From Candidatus Latescibacterota bacterium (lineage in GTDB: Bacteria > Latescibacterota > UBA2968 > GCA-2709665), in NCBI GenBank assembly GCA_965208835.1, contig OZ242358.1:5088001-5152000 (forward strand): a DNA stretch of 64,000 nt. Reading direction: 5' to 3'. The notes beneath the pieces were generated by a model. It made no database searches. It was given only the letters and a program-made list of their open reading frames with translations, and was not told where the DNA came from. Shown in pieces: positions 49,263 through 59,465 of the stretch; the first letter of the stretch is position 1; each line of letters opens with the position of its first letter. Made by a program: the position numbers and the translations under genes.

Positions 49263-51653
49263 TCAATCAATAACGCGGAACAACGCGTCGCGTGACACAA
49301 CCTGCCCGTTATGCATGTCCCTGACCCTCACTGATAGTCGGTGAACGCCTGCGGGCACGTGGCTCAAGTCAATCTGCAGATACGTGAAGTCATCCTCGCG
49401 ATCACCCTCGTACCGCGCCGTAATCGTCGTCTCAACCCCCTCTTTGCTTCGACCCATCTTCCTGATCCGGCTGGCAAGTTCATCCTCTTCAGGAAACACA
49501 TATCTCACACGATACGTCACTTCCTCTTCTCGTCCCCTTACGAAAAGGTCCGGGCTCACGTCCCGGCTTGTTACGAAAACACCCGCAGGCGGCTGATCTT
49601 CATCAATCGGCAACCGTGCTTGTCGGCCCGTTTGTCTGTGTCGGCTCTCTTGCTCGAATGCCACCTCCAATTGAACGCCGCCTTGCCGCAGTCGCTCCGC
49701 CATGAACAGGTATGGATCAATCTCTTCACGAACCGGCCGGCCGATACGATACGAGATTTCATATTCCGTGCGCCCGTACCTGTCCCGCTTGAGATTGTAC
49801 ACCTCAAGATAGATAAATGCGGGTTCCGAACGATGGTAGGTACGTAGAGGATTCGCCACGACCTTGAGATCGTCTCGTCCCCCCGGAAACGGCGTCCGCG
49901 TTTCGATGTGGGTAGCCAACAATAAATCGCTGACTGACAATAAAGAATCCACGGCCAGGAACCTGCGCTTTTCCTGAAATGTCCCGATTGATCGCCGCGT
50001 CCGATCACGCATCTCCACCACCAATTGATACGTGCCCGGCGCCAACCTGAACACCCTTTGAAATACCAGATGATCTTCCCGAAAACTGTCAGCGGATGGG
50101 TACCCGGTTTTTGTCAATACTGGCCATCGCACCTTGAGATCGGACCGATTTCGATATACCTCGTTCCAGAGTTCGTCGAAAAGAAAAAGGCCGTTTTCCA
50201 GCACGATTGTGCTGTCCACATTCGTGACCGACACATTATACTTCGGCAGTACATACGACAGTTCCGCGCGAAGCCTTCCCCTATCCTTGAATGTAGCCAA
50301 CTGGTAGGGAATTCTATATTTGCTGTGCCGATACGGGTCGGTATAGTGAGATGGTGTATGGTTGAACACGTATTGACCAGAGGTACGTGTCGTATCGAAA
50401 CGCCAGGCGTCAAACCCGTCCCAATTGCGAAACGTTATTGAGAATCCATCATAGAACCACGTTTCCAGATGGTCTGGTCTTTCGAAATCGGGTCTTACAG
50501 AAATTCGGCGCAGGTATTTCCCGAACTTGATATAGGCCTTGCCCATCGCCGTCCGCCAGCCGGGAATGCTCTTCAATCGTCTGCTAAAGCGCAGATTCGC
50601 GTAAGCCACTCGTCCATAGTGTTCGAGTCTTCTTTCGTTATACTCAGTCAAATACAACGGATCCCGCTTTCTCCAGAACCGGGAGAGTTCCGGGGTGTCC
50701 TCCCAGGGGTGATGCGCCCCTACAAATCGATCTCGGCCCATAGTGGGTAACATGCGCTTTTCCTGCTTTGTGGCGACAAGTTCGACAGATTCCATCAGTG
50801 CGCGCTCATCGGGGTCCATCTGGCGAATCGCCTGATCGTAGAATCGAAAGGCGGCGTCCTGCTCGCCGATAGTTTGATATCCAAATCCGATATACAGAAG
50901 CGCATCCTTATCGCCCGGCACCTCCCCCAGAAGTTTTCGCGATACGTGAATCAATCCCTCTGGGTTGCCGCTTTCAAAATGAATCAGTCCCAGATAGTAA
51001 TAGGCATCTCTTAGTTTCGAATCGCTTTCGATACTATGTTCGAAGTGACTTATCGCCCTGACGCGATCTTTTTCTCCAAAATCCCTCCAATAAAACAGGT
51101 GCCTTGTCTTTGGTTCTCCGGCAAACGACCCTTCTACGATATCCACATATTGCATGTCGATGAATTTTTCAAAGTCCTTAAGGGCGTAATATCCCGCCAT
51201 GAATGCTGATTCAGCATTACCAGGATGCGCACTGGAAATTTCCTCGTATTTCTTCGCGGAATTATACCAGAATCCTTGTTTTCCCAGCAACTCGGCAAGC
51301 TTCAACTGATATGTGACATTTGTGGAATCCAGGCGTATCGCATTGTTCAGGGCGTTCCGGGCGCTTTGCCGGTCCATGGGCGTGTCAAGCGACATATACA
51401 GCTTCGCGACTTCATAATGCGCAGGTGCAAAGTCCCTGTCAGCTCCCAAAGCTGAACGGAAAGCCTCGAAACTCTCGTCTACGGTAACACTTCCAACTTG
51501 CTCCATCGCAGTCTCATAGAGCCTTTCGGCAAGCTGACTATCGCCGGCGGCAATCGGCGCCGAGAGGTATAATCCGTGAAACAGTACGGCGCAGATCGAT
51601 GAAGTCAGGCACGTGCGGCGTCTGTGCAGTTCGCAAATCCTTGGGAATGGCAT
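49263..51653 (-). CDS. TPR + GWxTD-domain protein (class B)
   Basis: FWRKRDPLYLTEYNERRLEHYGRVAYANLRF...GWRTAMGKAYIKFG. Confidence 0.88.
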   Translation of the reverse strand: MPFPRICELHRRRTCLTSSICAVLFHGLYLSAPIAAGDSQLAERLYETAMEQVGSVTVDESFEAFRSALGADRDFAPAHYEVAKLYMSLDTPMDRQSARNALNNAIRLDSTNVTYQLKLAELLGKQGFWYNSAKKYEEISSAHPGNAESAFMAGYYALKDFEKFIDMQYVDIVEGSFAGEPKTRHLFYWRDFGEKDRVRAISHFEHSIESDSKLRDAYYYLGLIHFESGNPEGLIHVSRKLLGEVPGDKDALLYIGFGYQTIGEQDAAFRFYDQAIRQMDPDERALMESVELVATKQEKRMLPTMGRDRFVGAHHPWEDTPELSRFWRKRDPLYLTEYNERRLEHYGRVAYANLRFSRRLKSIPGWRTAMGKAYIKFGKYLRRISVRPDFERPDHLETWFYDGFSITFRNWDGFDAWRFDTTRTSGQYVFNHTPSHYTDPYRHSKYRIPYQLATFKDRGRLRAELSYVLPKYNVSVTNVDSTIVLENGLFLFDELWNEVYRNRSDLKVRWPVLTKTGYPSADSFREDHLVFQRVFRLAPGTYQLVVEMRDRTRRSIGTFQEKRRFLAVDSLLSVSDLLLATHIETRTPFPGGRDDLKVVANPLRTYHRSEPAFIYLEVYNLKRDRYGRTEYEISYRIGRPVREEIDPYLFMAERLRQGGVQLEVAFEQESRHRQTGRQARLPIDEDQPPAGVFVTSRDVSPDLFVRGREEEVTYRVRYVFPEEDELASRIRKMGRSKEGVETTITARYEGDREDDFTYLQIDLSHVPAGVHRLSVRVRDMHNGQVVSRDALFRVID

Positions 51654-52188
51654 TGTAAGAACCCTGGCGCGGCTTCGTGATGTTCAGCCGCAACCTGATA
51701 GGTGGCAGCGAATGCGCGTCCGTTTGATGGACCAATCACTCCCCCCTTGAAGGGGAGTCGCAAAAGCCGAGCAGGTCTGTGAGCCGCTGTCCTGAGACTG
51801 CCGAAGGGTTGTCGATGGTTCGAAGGCGCCGCCCTGAGCTTGTCGAAGGGACCGGCGAACGCTGATGCGGTCGGGGGATTTCAACGCCTTACCTTTCCAG
51901 GCAACGCGAACAGGAATGCACCCGATTTGCATCGAAGGCATACAATGAGGTCGTTTCCCGATTCCAGTCTCTTAATCGATCGTAAAACCTGTGTACGCGA
52001 CCGTGCTCCTGCCCGCAAACGACTCTCAAAACAACAATACTCAGCTCATGCTGGTCGCCTGTCCTGGAGCCATGGGGAACCGGCAGGCGACGTTCCCAAT
52101 TGCCGTGATCTTCACTCAATCACAACGAGGGTGGGGGCAGACATTCCTGTCGTGCCCTTCTCTTTTCCCCTGCCTGATATGGACCGAC

Positions 52189-55100
52189 CTATCGTGTGAT
52201 AACAAACACCACGTCTTTCTCCGCCGTTTCGCCGCTGTTGCCATCCTCGATTGATACCCTGAGAGAGTATCGGCCCGGAACCTGTTCATCCAGCGCGAGT
52301 TCCACGTATTCCATTTCCCGTTCAGCATCACCCAGTTGTTCGTACGTAACGGCCAGTTCTTCTCTCTTGCCGGCTTCCCACCGGAAGAGTCGGGAGATAT
52401 TGCTCACGTTGCCCGGTGATTCCCTCGATGTGATCGTGTAGGAGACGTTGTACTTTGTCTGCCCGAACTCATCCTTATTCAAATTGTAAATCTCGTAGTA
52501 GACGAATACGCTCTGGCCCTTCCTGTAAGTTCGGGAAGGCATCGGGACGACATGTAGGTCTCCTTTGGTGAACTTTCCGGATTGTCTGGTTTCGCCAACC
52601 TGCCATGCCAGTTCCAGGTCGCTGATCCGCAGCCCCTCCTCGCCATATGGCTCCACAACGACCTGCTGCTGATAGATGCCTATTCGCCCTCTCACGCGGT
52701 CCTGTGACTTCACCTCCAGACGGTAGGCGCCGGGCGGCAGGTTCAGCTTCAGGACGTCGAGCGCCATCAGGCCTTCTCCGGCCTGGTTGCCTGCGGCTTC
52801 GTAGGTGATCTCACCGGTTTGCCGGTAGACCGTATCCAGCGACGATGATATGAGCGCCGCATGGTGCGTCAGAACCTGGCGAGTTACATCTTCTTCGAAT
52901 ACGTAGTGACCCGGAAGGATTGGAACTCCATAATAGATCTCCAATACGCTACGATCGTCACTACCCCTGAAGTCAGCCAGCGAATAGTGAAAATCCAGAG
53001 GTGGTTTTTCGTCTTCCGGGACATAGAAATCTGGAGCAACCGACGACGCTCGTTGGAACACGGATCGAGGAGAATTGGTACTCAACGAAGCGGACTGACG
53101 TATTGACCTTCCTCCCTGGTTGGTCGGTATCGGGGCATAGTCATAGGTTCCGGAACCGATTTCGTCTGTAAAAGTGATTTCAATGCCACCCGCCACGTCA
53201 ACATAGATCCATGTCTCCCAGGGAACCGTACTTGGGTCGTCGCCTGAAGTTACCGGATGATAGTCACCGAATCCAAGCCGTTCGTCCATTGGCAAAATTC
53301 CGATACGGACTTCGTCATCAGGGGCCGGTGAAGGCGTTGTGACCTCCTCAACGGCAGATGTACCTCCTTCGGAGGTCCCCGAGCCTGTTGAGGCACCAAT
53401 TCCAAAATCATCGGCAGGGACATCACCTACATCGTCCAGATCGGACGATCCGGATGCATTCTCATTGTTGATGTCTTTCAAATCATACCAGGCACCATCC
53501 AACTGTTTGAGGCTGCGTACGGGGTACACAGGTCCAACGAACGTGTGCGCCCCGACGTCGCTCTTGTAAATCTGGAAAGCGAGGCGCTCCTTGACCCGCT
53601 GTACTTCAAGGCTCTGTTTGAAATTGGGGTCGTCCGACCTTGATCGATGGTCGGGTTCACCGAACCGAATATAGACTTCGCCTCGTGCATCCCAGGGCTT
53701 TTTACTCTTGGAGAACTCCGTGAGCGCGTACCAGACCCTTCTGTAGTGTTCAAGTTGACGTTCATTGACGGGGGTTGACAGATCCGGGTCTTTGGAATTC
53801 CAGAAGCGCTCCAAATAATCAGCACGGTCGGTACCCTCGGCTTCGCCAAGGCTCTTTAGTTCTTCGCTGGACGCAATACGCGTTACATCTTCGTACCATT
53901 TTTGCTCATCCGGGGCAAGACCGGAAATGTAGTCTTCGAAGAACCTCATTGCCATATCCAAACTGTCCTGCTTAATGGCGGAAATCGCAACGATGGGCAT
54001 CAGCTTGATTGAATTCGGATGCCTTTGGACAAAGTTGAATAGATGGTTCAAAATCTTCGAATAATCTCTGACTTTCAAGTATGCGATTCCGAGGCTGCGT
54101 TGCGCATCTGCATCTTCCGGTTGAAGGGCGAGGTATTTGGTATACCATACAACGGCCTTTTCAAATTCCCACGACAGGTTCAGATAGTAGTCTGCGATCA
54201 ACAAATAGGCGCCGGCATGCTCGGGGTCCAGATCCAGTACTCTTTTTGCTTCCAATTCGGCATCGCGTTCCTTCATGTCGTATCGCACTCTAGCCATCTG
54301 GTACCGGGCATCCACAAACCTCCGATCTTTGATCAACGCTTCAGTGAAATGGTGGATGGCAAAATGCCGCTGCATGGGCCACGTCTTGTAGAGCATTCCC
54401 AGCCCATAATGCGCCTCCGCCTTACTTCCCAGCCTCAGAGCCCGGTGGAACGCTTCCTTCGATTCCTTGAATCTCTTCATTGTCAATAGAATGTGCCCCA
54501 GACTGATATATGCTTCAGGATCCTTCGGTCTTTGGCGTGCGACATTTCGGAAAATCAAGCGCGCCTGTTCCAGTTTTTCCCGGTTCACGGCCAGGTTGCC
54601 AAGGAAGACAAGACTGTCTACGCGAGCCGGTTGTAGTGCTGACCTCTTCGTGCGAATGCCTTCCGGTCCGGCGGTGCCGTATATCTGCTCTCGACTGTGC
54701 CAGAAACAGGCGAAGACCGGTGCGCCGGGCAACTTTTCGGGCTTGTAAAGATAGTCGCTGAAAAGCTTGTATTCGAAGTTCGCCGGGCAGGAGAACAGCA
54801 AGTCGAGGATCGCGATCTTGTCTTTTCGTTCGTTTCCCGCGGGCGAACCTCCGAGCTTTTCTTGAATCGTCCATTCATGTAGTTCTTCAAGGTTCGAAGG
54901 ATCCCTCTCGTCATGGACTCGCTTAAATCCCTGTATCAAGCCCAGCATGCCGGTTAAGTGCTCTTGACATATGGTGGATTCCGTTTCGTGTTTCTTCGAT
55001 TCAATCCAGAATTCACAGACGTTGATATATCTCGTGCAACTCTTCCTGGAGAGGCCGTATTTTGCGGCTTTGTCGTAGAGGCGGCTAAATGCGCTTCTGG

Positions 55101-55959
55101 CATTCTTAAACATCTTTTCCGCGTGTTTTTCGTTTCCTCTGTGCAGCGCATTCTTGCCGCGTATATAGAGGTTGAGACCGGCGCCGATCATGCCCAACAC
55201 GATTTCCGAAGAGTCCGTTTGGTCCAAGACGGCAGTAGAAAGCGCCCTCGAGTTGGACTCTCGATGCCGGTTTTCGTTCTTGGACCTGGCTTCTACCGCT
55301 TGTGCCTCACTAATCTCTCCACTGTTGACGTGAATACGGATCGTCTTCGATCCATCCTGAATTCGGCACGAAACAGACGTTCCATCAGCTGACCACAATA
55401 CAGGGGGCTTCACTTTGCCGGCAAACAGAAGCTTGATACCGGCCCCTTGGGCCGATACCCACAGGCCAGTGTTGATTCTCTCGAAAGAGTTCCCTCTGTA
55501 TCCTACCATCGCCAATTTGCGTCCATCGGGAGATAGCGCTATGTCGTTTGGTTGAAAATCATCCGGAAGCGGCCACAATTCCTCTTCTGCGCCGTCAAGA
55601 CTTAATTTCCATATCCCGTTTTTTATTATCGGAAGAGACTGTCCGCCATAATAAGAGGATGCCCAGACCTGATTTCGTAAGCTTCGCTCCAGATATATCA
55701 GGCCCTCACCAGCCGGATCAAAATGGAGATCACCCAATTCTCCAGGGTAAGTCTTGATCCTCATGGGTCGGTTATCCTCCTTCAAAACCACCCATATCTC
55801 CGTCACAGAAACCGCACCCTCGCCACGTTGCAGTCCAATTGCATGATCTCCGGCTTCCGACGTTACAGTGATTATCTCACGGCCAGACGCTTCGACAGGG
55901 CGGGGCAATGATGAAATGCAGAACGCAAACACGAGTAGACTATTTGTAATCCGAGCCAT
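52189..55959 (-). CDS. TPR + GWxTD-domain protein (class A) with N-terminal propeller blades
   Basis: Signal peptide; FWNSKDPDLSTPVNERQLEHYRRVWYA...PWDARGEVYIRFGEPD. Confidence 0.88.
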   Translation of the reverse strand: MARITNSLLVFAFCISSLPRPVEASGREIITVTSEAGDHAIGLQRGEGAVSVTEIWVVLKEDNRPMRIKTYPGELGDLHFDPAGEGLIYLERSLRNQVWASSYYGGQSLPIIKNGIWKLSLDGAEEELWPLPDDFQPNDIALSPDGRKLAMVGYRGNSFERINTGLWVSAQGAGIKLLFAGKVKPPVLWSADGTSVSCRIQDGSKTIRIHVNSGEISEAQAVEARSKNENRHRESNSRALSTAVLDQTDSSEIVLGMIGAGLNLYIRGKNALHRGNEKHAEKMFKNARSAFSRLYDKAAKYGLSRKSCTRYINVCEFWIESKKHETESTICQEHLTGMLGLIQGFKRVHDERDPSNLEELHEWTIQEKLGGSPAGNERKDKIAILDLLFSCPANFEYKLFSDYLYKPEKLPGAPVFACFWHSREQIYGTAGPEGIRTKRSALQPARVDSLVFLGNLAVNREKLEQARLIFRNVARQRPKDPEAYISLGHILLTMKRFKESKEAFHRALRLGSKAEAHYGLGMLYKTWPMQRHFAIHHFTEALIKDRRFVDARYQMARVRYDMKERDAELEAKRVLDLDPEHAGAYLLIADYYLNLSWEFEKAVVWYTKYLALQPEDADAQRSLGIAYLKVRDYSKILNHLFNFVQRHPNSIKLMPIVAISAIKQDSLDMAMRFFEDYISGLAPDEQKWYEDVTRIASSEELKSLGEAEGTDRADYLERFWNSKDPDLSTPVNERQLEHYRRVWYALTEFSKSKKPWDARGEVYIRFGEPDHRSRSDDPNFKQSLEVQRVKERLAFQIYKSDVGAHTFVGPVYPVRSLKQLDGAWYDLKDINNENASGSSDLDDVGDVPADDFGIGASTGSGTSEGGTSAVEEVTTPSPAPDDEVRIGILPMDERLGFGDYHPVTSGDDPSTVPWETWIYVDVAGGIEITFTDEIGSGTYDYAPIPTNQGGRSIRQSASLSTNSPRSVFQRASSVAPDFYVPEDEKPPLDFHYSLADFRGSDDRSVLEIYYGVPILPGHYVFEEDVTRQVLTHHAALISSSLDTVYRQTGEITYEAAGNQAGEGLMALDVLKLNLPPGAYRLEVKSQDRVRGRIGIYQQQVVVEPYGEEGLRISDLELAWQVGETRQSGKFTKGDLHVVPMPSRTYRKGQSVFVYYEIYNLNKDEFGQTKYNVSYTITSRESPGNVSNISRLFRWEAGKREELAVTYEQLGDAEREMEYVELALDEQVPGRYSLRVSIEDGNSGETAEKDVVFVITR

Positions 55960-56024
55960 GACGTTTACCTCGTGTCATTCAAAGACACCTATTATTCGAC
56001 AGAAAGCCTGAAACGAAAGACGAG

Positions 56025-56294
56025 CTTCAAATTGCCACCGCGTCCAATACGTCGAGGCCGGTCGGCGCGAAATCCCTGTCCGCCTCTAATACTCGCTGGA
56101 AGGCTTTGATACTCTCCTCAGAGGCGACACTTCAGACCCGCTCCATCGCCGTCTCATAGAGCCTTTCGGCAAGCTGAGGATCGCCGGTGGTAATTGGCCC
56201 TGGGAGAGCGAGTCCGAGACACAGAACGGACGCCGACCATTGAAGTCGACCTTGTGCGGCGCCTATGCAGTTCAATATTTCGACGGAGCGGCAT
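56025..56294 (-). pseudogene. Frameshifted N-terminal remnant of a class B GWxTD gene
   Basis: GTCTCATAGAGCCTTTCGGCAAGCTGA is identical to 51511-51537; encodes QLAERLYETAMERV-stop...ADRDFAP. Confidence 0.85.
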
Positions 56295-56475
56295 TGCGTG
56301 TGCATTCAAATTCACATCGAGGAGAAACCGTCGATAAGTTGCGGATTAGAAAAATGAACCTTGCATTGGATTCCTACGGAGAGAAAAAGGGCTTGAACCA
56401 AGCGGTTGGAACATACCAGATACGGCATGGTGTGGCCCAAGGATTCGAACGCAAGACCCGATCCTGATCGGGATT

Positions 56476-58827
56476 CTATTCAACCACACGGAACACTACG
56501 TCCCGTTCAGCGGTCTGACCGGTGTAGAGGTCCTTCACAGCAACGACCAGCTTGTGGAAACCCGCCGGGGCGCTGCTGGCATTGATCTGCAGGAATGTGA
56601 AGTCATCGTTCTTATATCCCTGGTAACGTGCTGTAACAGTAGTTTCCGCTCCTTTACGCAAACGAGACGCTGCTTCGATCTCCTCGGAAATCTTATTGCG
56701 TTCCGGCAGGATGTACTTTACTCGATAACTCACGGACGGCTGTGCCTGACCACTATCCTTAGTGTCCCCTACGATAGTCTGAATCTCCGTGACGGCACCC
56801 TCGCCCGGTACGTCCAGAGCGGCGAAGCGTTCCGGGAAAATTTCATCCGGTTTCGGCTGCGTTAATCGGTAGGAAATCCGGTATTTGGTTCTCCCGAATC
56901 GGTCCTTTCTCAGATTGTAAATCTCAAGATAGAGAAAGACCGGCTCCGAACGCCCGTAGGTGTGTAGGGGATTTGGCGTGACCCGAAGATCTTCACGACC
57001 CTCGGGAAAGGCCGATTTTGGCTCAATCCCAGAAGCCAATAGTAGATCGCTCATCGCCACTAACGAGTCAGTCTCCCGAAATACCAGCCGTTCGTGAAAG
57101 GTCCCTATCGATCCAGTGCCATGGTCCCGAACCTCCACTACGAGACGGTGCGGCACCGGCGAGACACGCAGCGTTCGGAATGACACAACATGGTTGCGCC
57201 TTAAACTTTCACTCTTTGTCCTTTTCCTTGTGTCGAAAACTGGCCACCGCATGGTCACGCCCATCTTCTTCCGATATACCTCATTCCAGTAATCATTGAA
57301 AATAAACACCCCATCATCCAAGTCCAGGAATCCACCGGGATCTGAAACCTGCACGCGCGCCTTAGGGATGGCGTAGGCGAACTCGACGCGAATACTGTCA
57401 CGCTCCCTGAAAGCGGCGACTTGGCGCGGCATCCGATATTTCACGTCACTATAGGGGTCAACGTAACGCTGTGGTGTATTTTGAAATACCTGTCGTGCGT
57501 GTGGCCGCGTTCCTTTCAAACGTTCCCGTCGGCTTTTTCCCGAATAAAAGTCTCCCAGATCATCTCGCATCCTTGTAATCTTGACTGCACTCTTACCCAC
57601 ACACACCCAATAGTCCTTCGTCGATTCTCTCGCACTCCTTCCTGTATTCGATCCTCGCGCAAAACGCCAGGCGTCCAAACCGTCACCGTTCTCGAACCAA
57701 ATGCGAAACTTCCCATAATTCCAAACCTTCCAGTTGGTAAAGACATCTCGACCTATATATCGTCCGAATTTGATGAACGCTTTCCCCGGATCAGTCTGCC
57801 ACCCCATGATGCCCTTGAAAGGGCGGGAAAACCTGAGATTTGCGTAAGCAACCCGCCCGTAGTGTTCCATCTTTCGTTCATTGAATTCCGTCAGAAACAG
57901 GGGATCCTGCTTGCGCCAGAAGCTTTCGACACTGTCATTTGTCCAAATCTCACTTCCATTGTGATCGATTGTAACCGCCTGAGCCATACGTCTCGTTTCT
58001 TCCTTTGACGCGATAATGTCCACCGACTCCATCAAGGATCGCTCTTCGACGGTCATTCGTTCAATGGCTCGCCGGTAATAGTCATAAGCTACGTCCATTT
58101 CACCGAGCATATGATAGCCAAGACCACAGAACAAGAATGCATCCTTGTCATCGGGAAATTGTCTCAAAAGACGCTTGAACAGCAATACCAACGCTTCCGG
58201 TTCTCCAGTCTCGACATGGAGGAGTCCCATCATTTTGTACGCGCCTTTAAATCCAGGATCCGCTTCAATGCTTTGCCTCAAAAGCCCGTGCGCGCGTTCC
58301 ACGGCTCTTTCGGCGAAACCCTTCCAGTAGAACACATGAACATCACGAGATTTTTTGAAGGAGACGAATTCCTTTTTATCGATCAACGCGAGATACTCCT
58401 GTACCGCGAAAAATCCCGCCCGGTACGCACCTTCTGCATTGCCTGTGTGAATACTTGCCATCTTTTGAAATTGTCGTCCCGCATTGTACGTGAATCCCTG
58501 CCTGCTCAGCAACTCACCCATTGTCAACTGGTATTCGCTGTTCGACGGATCAATCCGTATGGCCTCGTTCAGCGCGTTACGTGCGCTCTGGCGCGTAAGT
58601 GGCGTGTTCATTTCGTTGTACAGTTTTGCAATCTGATAGTGCGCTGGCGCGAATTCCCAGTCCAGCTTAAGGACCTGCTCAAATGCGTTGATACCCTCCT
58701 TCGGTGGTACCTGGCCGATCTGAGTCAATGCTTCGCGATAGAGCGAGTCCACTCGCGCAGACTTTGACAAGGCGAGTACATCGCTTGCCGACTGGAACAT
58801 TAACATTGAGACCAATAGATGTCTCAT
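56476..58827 (-). CDS. TPR + GWxTD-domain protein (class B)
   Basis: FWRKQDPLFLTEFNERKMEHYGRVAYANLRF...GWQTDPGKAFIKFG; GGAGG RBS. Confidence 0.9.
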   Translation of the reverse strand: MRHLLVSMLMFQSASDVLALSKSARVDSLYREALTQIGQVPPKEGINAFEQVLKLDWEFAPAHYQIAKLYNEMNTPLTRQSARNALNEAIRIDPSNSEYQLTMGELLSRQGFTYNAGRQFQKMASIHTGNAEGAYRAGFFAVQEYLALIDKKEFVSFKKSRDVHVFYWKGFAERAVERAHGLLRQSIEADPGFKGAYKMMGLLHVETGEPEALVLLFKRLLRQFPDDKDAFLFCGLGYHMLGEMDVAYDYYRRAIERMTVEERSLMESVDIIASKEETRRMAQAVTIDHNGSEIWTNDSVESFWRKQDPLFLTEFNERKMEHYGRVAYANLRFSRPFKGIMGWQTDPGKAFIKFGRYIGRDVFTNWKVWNYGKFRIWFENGDGLDAWRFARGSNTGRSARESTKDYWVCVGKSAVKITRMRDDLGDFYSGKSRRERLKGTRPHARQVFQNTPQRYVDPYSDVKYRMPRQVAAFRERDSIRVEFAYAIPKARVQVSDPGGFLDLDDGVFIFNDYWNEVYRKKMGVTMRWPVFDTRKRTKSESLRRNHVVSFRTLRVSPVPHRLVVEVRDHGTGSIGTFHERLVFRETDSLVAMSDLLLASGIEPKSAFPEGREDLRVTPNPLHTYGRSEPVFLYLEIYNLRKDRFGRTKYRISYRLTQPKPDEIFPERFAALDVPGEGAVTEIQTIVGDTKDSGQAQPSVSYRVKYILPERNKISEEIEAASRLRKGAETTVTARYQGYKNDDFTFLQINASSAPAGFHKLVVAVKDLYTGQTAERDVVFRVVE

Positions 58828-59184
58828 TCCAGTGAGTCTCCTCCGATGTCTCGAGGCATTCGAGCCGCCCGGCTTTCTAATACCAAGTAGGCCCCCTTGA
58901 ATTGCTAACGCATCCCGGGCTGTCTGCTATTGCATGAATCGACATTTCATCCATGAAATTCGAACCGGCATTCACAACAGGCTTCCGAGTACACCAAACC
59001 CACGTGAATTCGTCCCGCTTCCATTAGCTTCCATTATAAAAAGACACACGCCGCGCTGGGCGGGTTCAATTAACCTGAGATCTGCCCTCGGACAGAAGAC
59101 CCCTGCATCCTCCAGTCGTTGCGTGACGCCTTAACCTCTTGAATTCCCGTCGGAATGGCTGGTCGCTCGGCCTTCTTCAGCACT

Positions 59185-59200
59185 TGCAATCTTCGTACCA
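59185..59200 (-). promoter_or_regulatory. sigma54 -24/-12 promoter of the GWxTD cluster
   Basis: TGGTACGAAGATTGCA versus consensus TGGCACG-N4-TTGCW. Confidence 0.8.
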
Positions 59201-59247
59201 GACTCCATAATAAAAATCGCCTGTGCGGTTACGCACAAGCGAAATAA

Positions 59248-59260
59248 AATCAATATCTTA
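59248..59260 (+). promoter_or_regulatory. IHF-binding consensus
   Basis: AATCAATATCTTA matches WATCAA-N4-TTR and lies between the promoter and the UAS. Confidence 0.65.
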
Positions 59261-59297
59261 TGAATTCACATTTTACGCTTTTTTGAAGCGTTCAATT

Positions 59298-59442
59298 CAT
59301 GATGTATACATTGTATACATCATGGTCTTTTAGATGTTGCTCCTCCTGAATCGTCCGTGTGTAGAATACTAAGTTGCAAGTTCTTACAGCTCACGCAACA
59401 CTGTCTACAGTGTCACGCCCGTAACTGTATACAATGTATACA
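59298..59442. promoter_or_regulatory. Enhancer sites: TGTATACA-N-TGTATACA twice
   Basis: 27-bp palindrome CATGATGTATACA-T-TGTATACATCATG (59298-59324); second copy 59426-59442; variant TGTCTACA at 59402. Confidence 0.75.
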
Positions 59443-59465
59443 TATGCTTGCCTTGAATTCGTACC

